64,000 nucleotides of DNA from Candidatus Saccharimonadia bacterium (GCA_041743505.1 JBGTMQ010000021.1:64521-128520); one strand, 5' to 3'. Positions 1 to 9,056 are shown, counted from the first letter of the stretch. Made by a program: numbers and translations. The notes: generated from the sequence alone by a model not told the origin.

Positions 1-612
1 CTGGCATTTGGGGCTATCGCTGGACCGGTCCTATTTACGCTTAGCTGGTTCACCCTCGGCTTCCTAAGCACTGGCTATACACTTTTTGGCACCAGGATCG
101 AGCCTTACTCATCCATTACCCAGCCTATCAGTGGCTTGGGCATGGGCTCAACAGCTCCTTTTATGAATACAGCGTTTATTGTTATGGGTATTTTATTGAT
201 AGCTGGTGTTCTCGGTATTTTTCAGAGCATAAAGCAAATGAGTGCTGCTACCCGTTGGAGCTGTACGGTGCTGCTGGCGCTTCCAGGTTTAGGGGCTATT
301 ATATGCGGCATCTTTAATCTGGAATTGTTCATGCTGCACTTCCTGGGCTTTGGTTTGCTCTTGATGTCAGTTCCAGGATTTCTCGTTACAGGGTTTCTCC
401 TTCGTCGAGTTCCGCGCTGGCGGCGTTTTGGCAACTGGCTGATGATAGCCAGCCCGCTGACGGTCGTGCTAACAATTCTATACTTTGCGACTTTCAATCC
501 GGAGGCAGCCGGTCAGGGGCTTGGGGTAGCAGGCGTCACGCAGCGCATAATGGTCACTGAAATTCTGGTGTGGTATGTGGCCATGGGTTGGTTGGCTTTG
601 CGGCGGGGCTGA
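1..612 (+). CDS. Integral membrane protein (5' partial, continues upstream of window)
   Basis: Frame 1 is open from nt 1 with no stop. It contains the listed ORF 136..612. Multiple hydrophobic helices. A hairpin terminator follows. Confidence 0.5.
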   Translation: MAFGAIAGPVLFTLSWFTLGFLSTGYTLFGTRIEPYSSITQPISGLGMGSTAPFMNTAFIVMGILLIAGVLGIFQSIKQMSAATRWSCTVLLALPGLGAIICGIFNLELFMLHFLGFGLLLMSVPGFLVTGFLLRRVPRWRRFGNWLMIASPLTVVLTILYFATFNPEAAGQGLGVAGVTQRIMVTEILVWYVAMGWLALRRG

Positions 613-619
613 AATGAAA

Positions 620-645
620 GGGTGCGCTCTTGGTCGAGCGCACCC
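620..645. terminator. Bidirectional hairpin GGGTGCGCTC-ttggtc-GAGCGCACCC
   Basis: Perfect 10-bp inverted repeat just after the + gene stop. A T-rich tract lies on the minus side (TTTCATTTCA). Confidence 0.4.
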
Positions 646-660
646 GTTGGCGTGTAGAAG

Positions 661-801
661 TTACTTGTCCTCTTGCTGACTGCCTTGCCGTGAGTCGGTG
701 TCAAGACCCGCGAGCTGGCGGCCGGCTTGAATTGATGCATCACGTCCGGTATTGAGGGCGTTAGCCTGCTCATGGACCGTATCCCGGTCGGTTGATTCGG
801 G
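661..801 (-). CDS. Small hydrophilic protein (47 aa, MPESTDRD...), possible stress-type protein
   Basis: Internal ATG of ORF 661..1002 preceded by GAGAGG RBS. The upstream part of that ORF overlaps gene 920..1354. Confidence 0.3.
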   Translation of the reverse strand, partial: PESTDRDTVHEQANALNTGRDASIQAGRQLAGLDTDSRQGSQQEDK

Positions 802-919
802 CATGGTTTCCTGCCTCTCTTGGTTGGGCTGGTACCTTCGGTCATGATACCAGCTTTGGCGTAAGCTAAGAAAATAAAGGCGGGGCTCGGTGTGAGCCCC
901 GCAGAGGGAGTGGTTGAGG

Positions 920-1354
920 TCAGTAGCGCGAGTGGCAGCCCGGAATAAGGCTACGAACGATACAGGTAATAAGATGCGGCAGACCTCCTTCACTATCGGC
1001 ATGGCGACCGATACCGGCTACGATGCCAAACAGGATGATTACTGCACCGACCCAACCGATGGCCCAGACCCACTGGTATCCATGGCCGACGACGGAGGTA
1101 AGCAGTGCGACCGGTAAACTGGCAACGGCCAAGGGAACCATCCAGTAAGCATCCGCGATGTCCCCCAGGGAGTAGCCCAGCCACAAAACGGCAAGGCCGA
1201 TGAGTGACACGATGGAACCAAGTACTAGCCCGGCAGCGATGTGTCCGGAGACGGCCGCCGCAGTCAAACCAAGGCCGGCCGCGATGGGAAGGGCGATGGA
1301 CCAACCGGCGCCGCGCAGATGGCGGAATCCGGCACGACGAGCTGGATAATACAT
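920..1354 (-). CDS. Hypothetical integral membrane protein (4 TM)
   Basis: GGAGG RBS 6-8 nt upstream of ATG. Strongly hydrophobic 144 aa. Confidence 0.55.
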   Translation of the reverse strand: MYYPARRAGFRHLRGAGWSIALPIAAGLGLTAAAVSGHIAAGLVLGSIVSLIGLAVLWLGYSLGDIADAYWMVPLAVASLPVALLTSVVGHGYQWVWAIGWVGAVIILFGIVAGIGRHADSEGGLPHLITCIVRSLIPGCHSRY

Positions 1355-1448
1355 CCTTACTACCTCCTAAGGCAAAGGAATGGAGTTTCGAGCTGCCTAT
1401 TATTATACTACGTTTCTGATATAATTACAAGTATCAGGTATGCAAAAA

Positions 1449-1497
1449 GAGCCAAGATCTGGCTGCTATTGAAAGAGCTTGGGTTTGGCTCTTTAAG
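1449..1497 (-). terminator. Hairpin AAAGAGCCAA...TTGGCTCTTT downstream of tRNA
   Basis: 10-bp inverted repeat immediately 3' of the tRNA on the minus strand. Confidence 0.3.
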
Positions 1498-1508
1498 AAT
1501 AAAAACTA

Positions 1509-1584
1509 TGGTGCGCCCGGAGGGATTTGAACCCCCGACACCCAGTACCGGAAACTGGTGCTCTATCCCCTGAGCTACGGGCGC
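1509..1584 (-). tRNA. tRNA-Arg (anticodon CCG), CCA encoded
   Basis: Reverse complement folds as a 76-nt cloverleaf: acceptor GCGCCCG/CGGGCGC, D-arm GCTC/GAGC, anticodon stem CCAGT/ACTGG with loop TTCCGGT (anticodon CCG), T-arm GGGGG-TTCAAAT-CCCTC, 3' ACCA. Confidence 0.85.
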
Positions 1585-1600
1585 GTACTAACGTTTATGT

Positions 1601-1629
1601 ATTATATAGATAAGACGTGCGGTTGTCAG
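1601..1629 (-). promoter_or_regulatory. Sigma70-like promoter for tRNA-Arg: CTGACA-N17-TATAAT
   Basis: On the minus strand, -35 CTGACA (1624..1629) and -10 TATAAT (1601..1606) with a 17-nt spacer. The TSS falls about 10 nt upstream of the tRNA 5' end. Confidence 0.4.
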
Positions 1630-1664
1630 GGCCTCTGGAACATAGTGGCAATGTCAGTTAAGCT

Positions 1665-2075
1665 TTGAGTATGAGTAACGTGGCACTCGCAACCGAAGAA
1701 TCCAAGACAGCGCTGGAGGACAGCGTATCCTGGTATTTGGCCGACCGACTGACTGATCCGGCCATGCCGATTGCAACCAAAAAATATATGACCGGCGATA
1801 ATTTACTGGTGTATCTGACGCGGTGTAATGTGGCGGAATCGGCTGTGCCTAGGGTAAAGGTACAAGTGCTGCGCCGGGTAGACGGCGGGGTGCATGAGAC
1901 CGGTTACCAGCTGTATGGCGACCACCGGTTTGAGAAATATCAGAATGCCATGATTTTTGGCGGGCAGGCTACGGAAGGGGCCGCTGATGCCGGCCCCCAA
2001 CAAGTCACCCAAGAAGAGGCTGGGCAACTCCTTCAGCTGCTTTCGACCTTGCAGTCCGCCCGGCAAACACTGTAG
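1665..2075 (+). CDS. Hypothetical protein, translationally coupled to murB (TAGATG overlap)
   Basis: ORF stop abuts the murB ATG. No recognisable domain. Confidence 0.5.
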   Translation: MSMSNVALATEESKTALEDSVSWYLADRLTDPAMPIATKKYMTGDNLLVYLTRCNVAESAVPRVKVQVLRRVDGGVHETGYQLYGDHRFEKYQNAMIFGGQATEGAADAGPQQVTQEEAGQLLQLLSTLQSARQTL

Positions 2076-3008
2076 ATGAAGCTGGCGATTCCAAACTTGC
2101 AGCACAACGTGCCATTGGCGCCGTATACGACGTACCAGATTGGCGGACCGGCGGATGACTTTGTGGAGGTGCGTAACCAGCATGAGCTGGCTGCAGCGGT
2201 GCTGGCCGCCCGGGCTGCTGGCGTGCCGTATTTTGTGTTGGGTACCGGCGCCAATATCCTGGTGACCGACAAAGGCTTTCGCGGACTGGTTATTCGAAAC
2301 CGGGCCGACCGGGCGGTGGTGCATGGTAACCAGCTGACGGCCGAGAGTGGCGCCACTATCGCTAGCACTATTGATCTGAGCGCGGTTTATGGGCTGAGCG
2401 GCCTGGAGCATTTTGTACTTATCCCCTCTTCGGTGGGTGGCGCCATGTGGCAGAACCTGCACTTTGCCAGCGTGGATGCCCCTCATTGGGATAAAACCGG
2501 CGAACTCAAGGGTGGGCAGACACTGTATGTGGAAGAAGTGGTGCAGTCGGCAAAAGTAATGAACGAAGACGGTAAGATGCAGACGGTAGACCGGGGATTT
2601 TTTGCCTTTGGTTATGACGATAGCATTTTGCACCATCGCCAACTGATTGTGCTGGAGGTGACCTTTGAGCTTAAGCCCAAATCAAAGCGGGCTATTGAAC
2701 TGCAGATGCAAGCTAATGCGGCTTGGCGGCGGGCTAAGCAACCGCAATTACCTGATTTCCCGTCCTGTGGTTCGATATTCAAGAAGATTGAAGGCGTGGG
2801 CGCCGGCCGGCTGATTGACCAGACCGGACTTAAGGGCAAGACGATTGGCGAGGTGCAGGTCTCTGAGAAACACGCCAATTACATGGTGAACCTAGGCGGC
2901 GCCAAGGCGGCCGACGTGCTGGCACTGATTGAGCTGGTGCAGCGCGAGGTTAAAGCCGCCACCGGCTACGAGCTGCATACTGAGATCGGCGTTATTGGGG
3001 AGCGTTAA
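2076..3008 (+). CDS. murB: UDP-N-acetylenolpyruvoylglucosamine reductase
   Basis: N-terminal FAD-binding block (APYTTYQIGGPADDFVEV...VLGTGANILV) and C-terminal MurB domain. 310 aa. Confidence 0.9.
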   Translation: MKLAIPNLQHNVPLAPYTTYQIGGPADDFVEVRNQHELAAAVLAARAAGVPYFVLGTGANILVTDKGFRGLVIRNRADRAVVHGNQLTAESGATIASTIDLSAVYGLSGLEHFVLIPSSVGGAMWQNLHFASVDAPHWDKTGELKGGQTLYVEEVVQSAKVMNEDGKMQTVDRGFFAFGYDDSILHHRQLIVLEVTFELKPKSKRAIELQMQANAAWRRAKQPQLPDFPSCGSIFKKIEGVGAGRLIDQTGLKGKTIGEVQVSEKHANYMVNLGGAKAADVLALIELVQREVKAATGYELHTEIGVIGER

Positions 3009-4071
3009 TTGAGAGGGGGGTTTCCTTTGGGTGGCGGCGTAGGTAGGCGCGGGAGTCAAGGAAGGCGATGACGATGAAGAATATCCCGGCTAAGCCAATC
3101 ACCACCTGGGGAATTTCATAGCCGATCGTAATTAATAGCAGGACGGCCAGGACGCCGATGCCGTAATGGGCGCCGTGCTCCAAATAGACATAGCGGGCTA
3201 GAGTGCCTTCGCGCACCAGGTAAATGGTTAGTGACCGCACGAATAGCGCGCCAATACCAAGACCCAGAGCGATCACGAGAATCTGGTTACTGACCGCAAA
3301 GGCGCCAACTACCGCATCAAAGCTGAAGCTGGCATCCAGCACTTCCAGGTAGATAAAGCCAAACAAGCCGGCCTGCGTCAGGTGTTTGGCGGTTTGAGCT
3401 TTGAGTAAGCCTGATTTTTCGATCCGGTCAATATCAAACAACTTGGTCAGGCTGGTCACCGAAAGATAGACGGCCATCCCGGTTACGCCGGCCAAGAGGA
3501 CTGTGGAAGCGTGATGGTGGCCGATGGTGGCTGCCACGAGAGCCAGGGTAAATAGTGAAATGATGACGGTGAGGTTTTCCAGGCGGCCGATGGACGCCAG
3601 GGCGTTTTCCAGCCGGACCAGCCACTTGATGCGGCGGTCTTCAAAAATGAAGTCGAGGAATAACATTAACAGGAATATGCCACCGAAAGCCGCGATGGCC
3701 GGATGGGCCTGCAAAATGACGGCCTCGTACTTCTCGGGCGAGTTAACGGCCAAGTTAAGTACTTCTATGGGCCCGAGATTGCCGGCGATGCTGACGATGA
3801 GCAGAGGAAACACCAAGCGCATGCCGAACACGGCGATGAAAATGCCGAGTGTCAGAAACAGACGCTGCCAGAACGGGCTCATGCGGCTTAGGACTTTGGC
3901 GTTGACGACCGCATTATCGAAGGAGAATGTTAGCTCTAAGAGCACCAGTATCAATACGCTGAGGGTTATCGCCGGTCCGGCCGTGAATGGCAGAAGAATA
4001 AAAATGGCCGCAGTAATGACCACGGGGATACGGAAAGCATGAAACATATATCCCATTATGCCACAGCCCAC
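2992..4071 (-). CDS. TerC/DUF475-family integral membrane protein (YkoY-like)
   Basis: ELTFSFDNAVVNA signature of the TerC/DUF475 family. Many TM helices. Start may be at an internal Met (4056). Confidence 0.6.
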   Translation of the reverse strand: MGCGIMGYMFHAFRIPVVITAAIFILLPFTAGPAITLSVLILVLLELTFSFDNAVVNAKVLSRMSPFWQRLFLTLGIFIAVFGMRLVFPLLIVSIAGNLGPIEVLNLAVNSPEKYEAVILQAHPAIAAFGGIFLLMLFLDFIFEDRRIKWLVRLENALASIGRLENLTVIISLFTLALVAATIGHHHASTVLLAGVTGMAVYLSVTSLTKLFDIDRIEKSGLLKAQTAKHLTQAGLFGFIYLEVLDASFSFDAVVGAFAVSNQILVIALGLGIGALFVRSLTIYLVREGTLARYVYLEHGAHYGIGVLAVLLLITIGYEIPQVVIGLAGIFFIVIAFLDSRAYLRRHPKETPLSINAPQ

Positions 4072-4183
4072 GGGCTTTGATATAATATTATTGATTTAAT
4101 TGATGACTCATGTCATTATTTCTTGGTCATCCCACTAGGTGACACGCTCCTATACAACCTAGATACGAGGAGGTGGCTTTCGC

Positions 4184-4966
4184 ATGGGTATCTTGTATAC
4201 CAACCCGTTTACGCCGGAGCGGATTTTGGCTGCAACTGAGGACCAGGAGTTGGCTGACCGGGCCGGGCGGGCCTTGGCGGCGATTGAGTCGGCAGGTATT
4301 GATCCGTGGCGCCAACCGATTGACTGGGCTTTACTACTGCACGTTGAAGGGCCACATGGTGTGGCGGCGCCGCTCGGGACGGTAGCCGAGGTGCTTATGC
4401 TACTTGCGGCCGTTAGCGATCCGGACGGCGGTGCGCCGGCAAGCTTTTTTAGCCGGGACGTTTCTGCTCCCAAGCTGGAGCAGCGAATTAACCTGATCAA
4501 TAGCCGTGGCTGGGTGGGGCGCAACCGCCCTGATAGCCCACGTAGCGGGTGCAACGTCTCGGGGGCCATGGAAGAGATATTGGTTAGCATTGCTGACGAA
4601 CATGACATCCCCGCACTAAAACAGCTGGCTTCGTTGTCTGATAAGGCTGAACCGCCCACCATTGTCATGCGTCCGCATGCGGTGGCAATTGTGGCTTATG
4701 ACAAGCCTGACTATTACTACCGCTTTCGGGACCTGATTCATTTGACGAGTCTGGTGCCCATCCGGTGGATCATTCTTTCCAGCGGGGAAGAAGTGGCTTC
4801 GTTTTACCAGAGCGAGCTCGCATTGCGTCAAAACGCCCATGTCGTGACACTGTCCAAGCAGGGCGTTGCCCTGCCCGAGGACCAGTTATTTGTGGCTACC
4901 GCCGAGGGTCTCGGCGACTGGTACCGGCTTCAGGCTGGAGAAGGGCTTGTTCCTTCTGAGGCCTAG
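4184..4966 (+). CDS. Hypothetical protein
   Basis: GAGGAGG RBS 8 nt upstream of ATG. A strong terminator follows. Confidence 0.55.
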   Translation: MGILYTNPFTPERILAATEDQELADRAGRALAAIESAGIDPWRQPIDWALLLHVEGPHGVAAPLGTVAEVLMLLAAVSDPDGGAPASFFSRDVSAPKLEQRINLINSRGWVGRNRPDSPRSGCNVSGAMEEILVSIADEHDIPALKQLASLSDKAEPPTIVMRPHAVAIVAYDKPDYYYRFRDLIHLTSLVPIRWIILSSGEEVASFYQSELALRQNAHVVTLSKQGVALPEDQLFVATAEGLGDWYRLQAGEGLVPSEA

Positions 4967-4987
4967 CGATTGATGTTTTCAAGCGGG

Positions 4988-5030
4988 TAGTTGCGGCAAG
5001 CCTGCAACTACCCGCTATTTTGTGGCATAG
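4988..5030 (+). terminator. Rho-independent terminator AGCGGGTAGTTGC...GCAACTACCCGCT + ATTTTG
   Basis: 13-bp perfect stem followed by a U-tract. Confidence 0.6.
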
Positions 5031-5125
5031 ATGGCCGTTATAATGTTGACTTATCGGCTTCTATGTTATATTGTTCTAACCTGACGCGTGTCACGTGTCG
5101 TTCATCTTCAGATTTGGAGGCGGTT

Positions 5126-5962
5126 ATGGCTAACCCATTCGTCAAAGCATGGAAGTACCTCATGGCATTGTTCTCGTCCAAGGTTGACGAATATGCTGAC
5201 CCCAAGGTACAGATCCAGCAAGCCATCGAGGACGCCCAGCGCCAGCACCAGGCCTTGTCGCAGCAGGCCGCGGCCGTTATTGGAAACCAGCGGCAGCTGG
5301 AAATGAAGCTTAACCGGCAGCTTGGCGAGATCGAGAAGTACCAGTCCTCGGCGCGGCAGGCGCTGGTGATGGCTGATGAGAAGCGTCGCGGCGGCGATGA
5401 GGCCGGGGCCCAGCAATACGAGCAGGCCGCCGAGTCCTTCGCCACCCAGTTGGTGACCGGCGAGCAGTCGGTGGAAGACCTCAAGACGCTGCACGACCAG
5501 TCCCTGCAGGCGGCCGCTCAGGCCAAGGGCGCAGTCGAGCAAAATGCCCTGGCGTTACAGCAAAAGCTAGCTGAGCGGTCCAAGCTGCTAACCCAGCTGG
5601 AACAGGCCAAGATGCAGGAGCAGGTTTCGGGCGCGCTGCGATCGATGACCGAGCTGGCTGCGCCGGGCAATGTGCCGTCGCTGGATGAAGTCCGGGACAA
5701 GATCGAGCGCCGGTACGCCAACGCCATCGGGGCAGCCGACCTGGCCAAGAACTCGGTGCAGGGACGGATGCTGGAAGTCCAGCATGCGACCACGGATGCG
5801 GCCGGCCGCAGCCGGCTGGAGCAAATCCGCCAGTCGATCTATGGTGCTCCGGTGACCGGCGCAATGCCCGCAGCCGATGCACCGGCTGCTTTGCCCGAAC
5901 CGGCGCCCGCTCCGGCGGCGACGGTAACCGACATCACGGGGCGCCAGCAGCGCTCCTCGTAG
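5126..5962 (+). CDS. pspA: PspA/IM30/Vipp1 family protein (phage shock protein A-like) with Ala/Pro-rich C-tail
   Basis: [40 protein letters not shown] is the typical PspA N-terminus. Coiled-coil throughout. The ATG is internal to ORF 4991..5962 and preceded by GGAGG. Confidence 0.8.
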   Translation: MANPFVKAWKYLMALFSSKVDEYADPKVQIQQAIEDAQRQHQALSQQAAAVIGNQRQLEMKLNRQLGEIEKYQSSARQALVMADEKRRGGDEAGAQQYEQAAESFATQLVTGEQSVEDLKTLHDQSLQAAAQAKGAVEQNALALQQKLAERSKLLTQLEQAKMQEQVSGALRSMTELAAPGNVPSLDEVRDKIERRYANAIGAADLAKNSVQGRMLEVQHATTDAAGRSRLEQIRQSIYGAPVTGAMPAADAPAALPEPAPAPAATVTDITGRQQRSS

Positions 5963-5987
5963 CACGTTTCTTTGTAGCAATCCCTTG

Positions 5988-6030
5988 CCGGGCAGTCGCC
6001 CGGCAAGGGATTATTTTTGACGGTTTGACT
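5988..6030 (+). terminator. Rho-independent terminator AATCCCTTGCCGGG-cagtcg-CCCGGCAAGGGATT + ATTTTTG
   Basis: 14-bp perfect stem followed by a U-tract. Confidence 0.65.
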
Positions 6031-6045
6031 GAACTATTATATAAA
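6017..6045 (+). promoter_or_regulatory. Promoter TTGACG-N17-TATAAA of the first LuxR gene
   Basis: Hexamers at 6017..6022 and 6040..6045. The same architecture recurs at 7066..7094. Confidence 0.4.
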
Positions 6046-6107
6046 CCGGTTAGCGGTTTGATTAAGCACTAATGAATGTTTATCTCCCATCATGAGATGA
6101 GGTTTTC

Positions 6108-6965
6108 ATGGCTGCCGTGTTAACCGTCGTACCTTACGACACCCCGGTAGGAGCAATGGACTCTGGGGGCGCTGAGATACGCTCCACGTCCAGTGCGGGC
6201 AAGTCTGAACTGGATATCCTGAAGCTGCTTGCCAAAGGCTTGCCGGATATGGAGGTAGCGGCCAAGCTGGGCATTGATGAGACTAGCGTCAAGCGTGATG
6301 TGCAGCTATTGATGACCAGGCTTATTACCTCGCTGGGGCAGGCACTTGAGCTGCTAACCGACCCCAAGCGCGAGCTGACTGTAGACGTATGGCTGCGGTT
6401 GTTTTGGGACTCCGCGCGGGAGCAAGGCTTGGTTTCTGAGGCTTTTTTGTTGCTATCGGCTGCTGCAACACACTTACCAAACCCGGGTATATCGCAGAGC
6501 GAAAAAGCTGATAATTCCCGGCTGACCAGGCGTGAGAAGGAGATTCTGCAGTACGTGGCTCGTGGTAGGAGAAACTATGAGATCGCCAACGAGTTGGTTA
6601 TCTCTTGCCGCACAGTGGAGTCCCATGCGAATGCGATAACCCGCAAGCTTAAGGCCCGGACCCGGGCGCATCTATTGCGCCGGGGCGTGGAAATGGGCGC
6701 TTTAGAGGTCCATAGCATATTCCATCCCTTTGGAATTTCAGAAGCGGTAACGCCGCAGCCGCGCTTCAGCCCCATGTGGTACCGGACACAGATTATGACC
6801 GGCCTCTCCTACGGCAAGTTCCATCAAGAAATTGGCAAGGAGCTGTCTCTCGATCATGCCGCCCTGGAAGGTCATCTCAAGTATCTGCGTGATATGCTGG
6901 ATGCCCGTACCTCGGCGGAGATTGTAGCGTTCGGTGCGCAGCGGGGTCTTCTGAGTTTTGGGTGA
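6108..6965 (+). CDS. LuxR/GerE-family regulator with three tandem LuxR-type HTH modules
   Basis: Canonical HTH at residues ~140-190 (TRREKEILQYVARGRRNYEIANELVISCRTVESHANAITRKL). Degenerate copies at ~30-75 and ~225-280. Confidence 0.7.
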   Translation: MAAVLTVVPYDTPVGAMDSGGAEIRSTSSAGKSELDILKLLAKGLPDMEVAAKLGIDETSVKRDVQLLMTRLITSLGQALELLTDPKRELTVDVWLRLFWDSAREQGLVSEAFLLLSAAATHLPNPGISQSEKADNSRLTRREKEILQYVARGRRNYEIANELVISCRTVESHANAITRKLKARTRAHLLRRGVEMGALEVHSIFHPFGISEAVTPQPRFSPMWYRTQIMTGLSYGKFHQEIGKELSLDHAALEGHLKYLRDMLDARTSAEIVAFGAQRGLLSFG

Positions 6966-6986
6966 CTTTCGAAGCGGCCTGCGATA

Positions 6987-7030
6987 AGACCGTAATGACG
7001 TTTCGACGTCTTTACGGTCTTAGTTTTGCT
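6987..7030 (+). terminator. Hairpin AAGACCGTAA-tgacgtttcgacgtc-TTTACGGTCTT + AGTTTTG
   Basis: Inverted repeat followed by a T-rich tract. Paralogous to the terminator at 7561..7607. Confidence 0.5.
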
Positions 7031-7065
7031 TGATGGCCGGCGACTTTGCGGATGGGGCTTTTTCG

Positions 7066-7094
7066 TTGACGTAAGCAATGGTCATTGGTATAAA
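7066..7094 (+). promoter_or_regulatory. Promoter TTGACG-N17-TATAAA of the second LuxR gene
   Basis: Paralogous to 6017..6045. Followed by a conserved GGTTTGATT box and a GAGATGAGGTTTTTCATG leader. Confidence 0.4.
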
Positions 7095-7155
7095 GCGAAT
7101 AGTGGTTTGATTTTGAGTATAGTGAATGATTGACTCAGCTGAGATGAGGTTTTTC

Positions 7156-7548
7156 ATGACCACCGCACCCGCTACACACTTGCAACCGAGACTTTGTGAT
7201 GAAGCACCACCCCTGGATCCGCTTGCCAGATTTAGCGTATCACCGCGCGAGCGGCAAGTCTTGAAAGGTTTGGCCCAAGGCAAAACAAATTCTCAGATTG
7301 GCCGTAGCCTGTTTCTGGCGGAGGACACAATCAAGACTCACCTGCGGCGGCTCTTTCGCAAGCTGGATGTGACGGACAGGACGCAAGCTATAACCTTCGT
7401 TGTTGGTATATACCAGCAAATGCTGCGCGAGATTCTCGACCCAAAATCTGACCTGACAGACTCCCGGCGGTTAGCCTTGATCCGCCGGCTGGAACAAGGG
7501 CTGGCCGAAGATATAGGACGGCCGGCGCCAGTTATCTTTCCCGGGTGA
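7156..7548 (+). CDS. LuxR/GerE-family regulator (single HTH). Alternative start at 7126.
   Basis: SPRERQVLKGLAQGKTNSQIGRSLFLAEDTIKTHLRRLFRKL. The start was chosen by homology of the leader/RBS to the first LuxR gene (GAGATGAGGTTTTTC-ATG). Confidence 0.7.
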   Translation: MTTAPATHLQPRLCDEAPPLDPLARFSVSPRERQVLKGLAQGKTNSQIGRSLFLAEDTIKTHLRRLFRKLDVTDRTQAITFVVGIYQQMLREILDPKSDLTDSRRLALIRRLEQGLAEDIGRPAPVIFPG

Positions 7549-7560
7549 ATCAGGCGACAT

Positions 7561-7607
7561 CAAAGACTGTAAAGACGCCCGGCGTCTTTACAGTCTTATT
7601 TTTGTTT
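7561..7607. terminator. Bidirectional terminator AAAGACTGTAAAGACGCC-cg-GGCGTCTTTACAGTCTT + TTTTTGTTT
   Basis: 18-bp perfect stem. Sits between the convergent LuxR (+) and trxB (-) genes. Confidence 0.6.
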
Positions 7608-8588
7608 GACGGCCGGCATTTTGGGGGAAGAGGTGCTTGCTGATGGATGCCGGGCCAGCCAGCGTTCGGCGTCGATGGCGGCGGCGCAACCTGATCCGGC
7701 GGCGGTGACAGCCTGGCGGTAGGTATGATCGACCAGATCGCCAGCCGCAAAGACTCCAGGCAGGTTGGTTTGGGTAGCCGGTTCTGTGCCGCCGCTTCCT
7801 TGGACACGGACGTAGCCGGCCGGGTCGGTGCCGACCTGGGCGCGGACGAGTCCACTGCGCGGATCGTGGCCAATGGCCATAAAGACACCTGATACCGGCA
7901 GCTCGGATGTTTGGCCCGTGATGGTGTCGCGCAGCTCGAGACCGGTGACCTTGTCGTGACCAAGGACGCGGGTTACCTGGGTGTTGGTGTGCCAGATTAT
8001 TTTGGGATTGGCCTTGGCTCGTCTCAGCATGATTTTGGAAGCTTTGAATTCATCTCGCCGGTGAACGACGGTGACCGAGTTGGCGAAGCGGGTGAGGAAC
8101 AAGGCTTCCTCCATGGCTGAGTCCCCGCCCCCGACCACGGCTATGTCTTGGCCGCGGAAAAAGAACCCGTCGCAAGTGGCACAGGCGGAGACGCCGTGGC
8201 CGAGGAGGGCTTGCTCGCCGGGCACATTGAGGTAGCGAGTGGCTGCGCCCATGGCCAGGATGACGGCTTTGGTGGCGTGTATTTGGCCGGCGGCGGTGAC
8301 ATATTTGGTGTCACCGGTGAGTTCCACGGCTTCGGCATCTTGTTGGCTTAACTGGGCGCCGAAGCGGGCGGCCTGGTCGCGCATTTGTTGCATTAACTCC
8401 GGACCCATGATGCCGTCCTTAAAGCCGGGATAGTTTTCGACTTCGGTGGTCGTCATGAGTGCGCCACCGTACTGACTGCCTTCGAAGACGAGTGGCTCGA
8501 GCCCCGCCCGGGCGGCATAGACGGCCGCGGTATAGCCGGCCGGGCCGGACCCAATAATGATGAGATTTCTGACGTGCTCAGGCTTCAC
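7596..8588 (-). CDS. trxB: Thioredoxin-disulfide reductase (GTG start)
   Basis: [20 protein letters not shown] motif. Redox-active CATCDG. Second Rossmann [10 protein letters not shown]. 330 aa. Confidence 0.9.
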   Translation of the reverse strand: MKPEHVRNLIIIGSGPAGYTAAVYAARAGLEPLVFEGSQYGGALMTTTEVENYPGFKDGIMGPELMQQMRDQAARFGAQLSQQDAEAVELTGDTKYVTAAGQIHATKAVILAMGAATRYLNVPGEQALLGHGVSACATCDGFFFRGQDIAVVGGGDSAMEEALFLTRFANSVTVVHRRDEFKASKIMLRRAKANPKIIWHTNTQVTRVLGHDKVTGLELRDTITGQTSELPVSGVFMAIGHDPRSGLVRAQVGTDPAGYVRVQGSGGTEPATQTNLPGVFAAGDLVDHTYRQAVTAAGSGCAAAIDAERWLARHPSASTSSPKMPAVKQK

Positions 8589-8919
8589 TTATTATTTCTT
8601 CCTGTAATGCTGCCCCAATGGCTGTGGCCAGCTTAGACTGGTCCACGACGCCGACAGCTTCGAACCGGGTGCGACCGTTTTGGACTACCCGTACTGTCGG
8701 CAGAGCCATAATGCCCAGCCTGGTGGTGAGGCCCGGTTCCTCATCGACGTTTAATTTTGCTAGTACAATTTTACCATCAAAGGCGGCCTCCAATTCGCGT
8801 AGGCGCGGTTCCATGGTTAGGCATGGCCCACACCAGGGTGCCCAGACATCGAGCAGCACTAATTTTTCGGCTTTTACCACTACATCATCGTAGGTTTCTT
8901 CGGTCACGGACACAGGCAT
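8578..8919 (-). CDS. trxA: Thioredoxin
   Basis: WCGPC active site. 113 aa. Overlaps the trxB start by 11 nt. Confidence 0.9.
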   Translation of the reverse strand: MPVSVTEETYDDVVVKAEKLVLLDVWAPWCGPCLTMEPRLRELEAAFDGKIVLAKLNVDEEPGLTTRLGIMALPTVRVVQNGRTRFEAVGVVDQSKLATAIGAALQEEIISEA

Positions 8920-8960
8920 CTCCCCTCCTCAAGCCATTCTTCGGTAGTGTAATAAAACTA

Positions 8961-8990
8961 TTGACGTACGCTATATGCAGCGTACATAAT
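8961..8990 (+). promoter_or_regulatory. Promoter TTGACG-N18-CATAAT upstream of nrdA
   Basis: -35 at 8961..8966 and -10 at 8985..8990. About 65 nt 5' of the nrdA ATG. Confidence 0.45.
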
Positions 8991-9013
8991 GCTAATGCTA
9001 ACACATGTGGTGT
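8966..9013 (+). promoter_or_regulatory. Candidate NrdR-box-like palindromes overlapping the nrdA promoter
   Basis: GTACGCT-ATATGC-AGCGTAC (8966..8985) and ACACATGTGGTGT (9001..9013), centres about 31 bp apart. They resemble NrdR boxes (acaCwAtATaTwGtgt) but do not fully fit. Confidence 0.25.
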
Positions 9014-9056
9014 ACATAAGGCAATCGATAACACTAGATGCACAGGAGGGTGCGAC

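Noticed and set aside
2992-4071. Linking the TerC-family gene to the TerY-like vWA triad as one 'Ter' system
   Set aside because: The two are more than 30 kb apart with unrelated genes between. TerC/DUF475 proteins are widespread on their own, and no TerD/TerZ/TerA genes are present.
4072-4183. yybP-ykoY Mn2+ riboswitch upstream of the TerC/DUF475 (YkoY-like) gene
   Set aside because: The 112-nt upstream region lacks the conserved riboswitch blocks and is too short for it. It contains only a TATAAT-like box and short palindromes.
3524-5884. ORFs 3524..4042(+), 4159..4668(-), 5038..5484(-), 5108..5542(-), 5588..5980(-) and similar
   Set aside because: They overlap better-supported genes (TerC-like, hypothetical 4184..4966, pspA) on the opposite strand and lack RBS and motifs.
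8757-9056. N-terminal 100-aa extension of nrdA (ORF 8757..11450)
   Set aside because: The extension overlaps trxA on the opposite strand and the nrdA promoter. The ATP-cone begins at the internal ATG 9057, which has a strong RBS.
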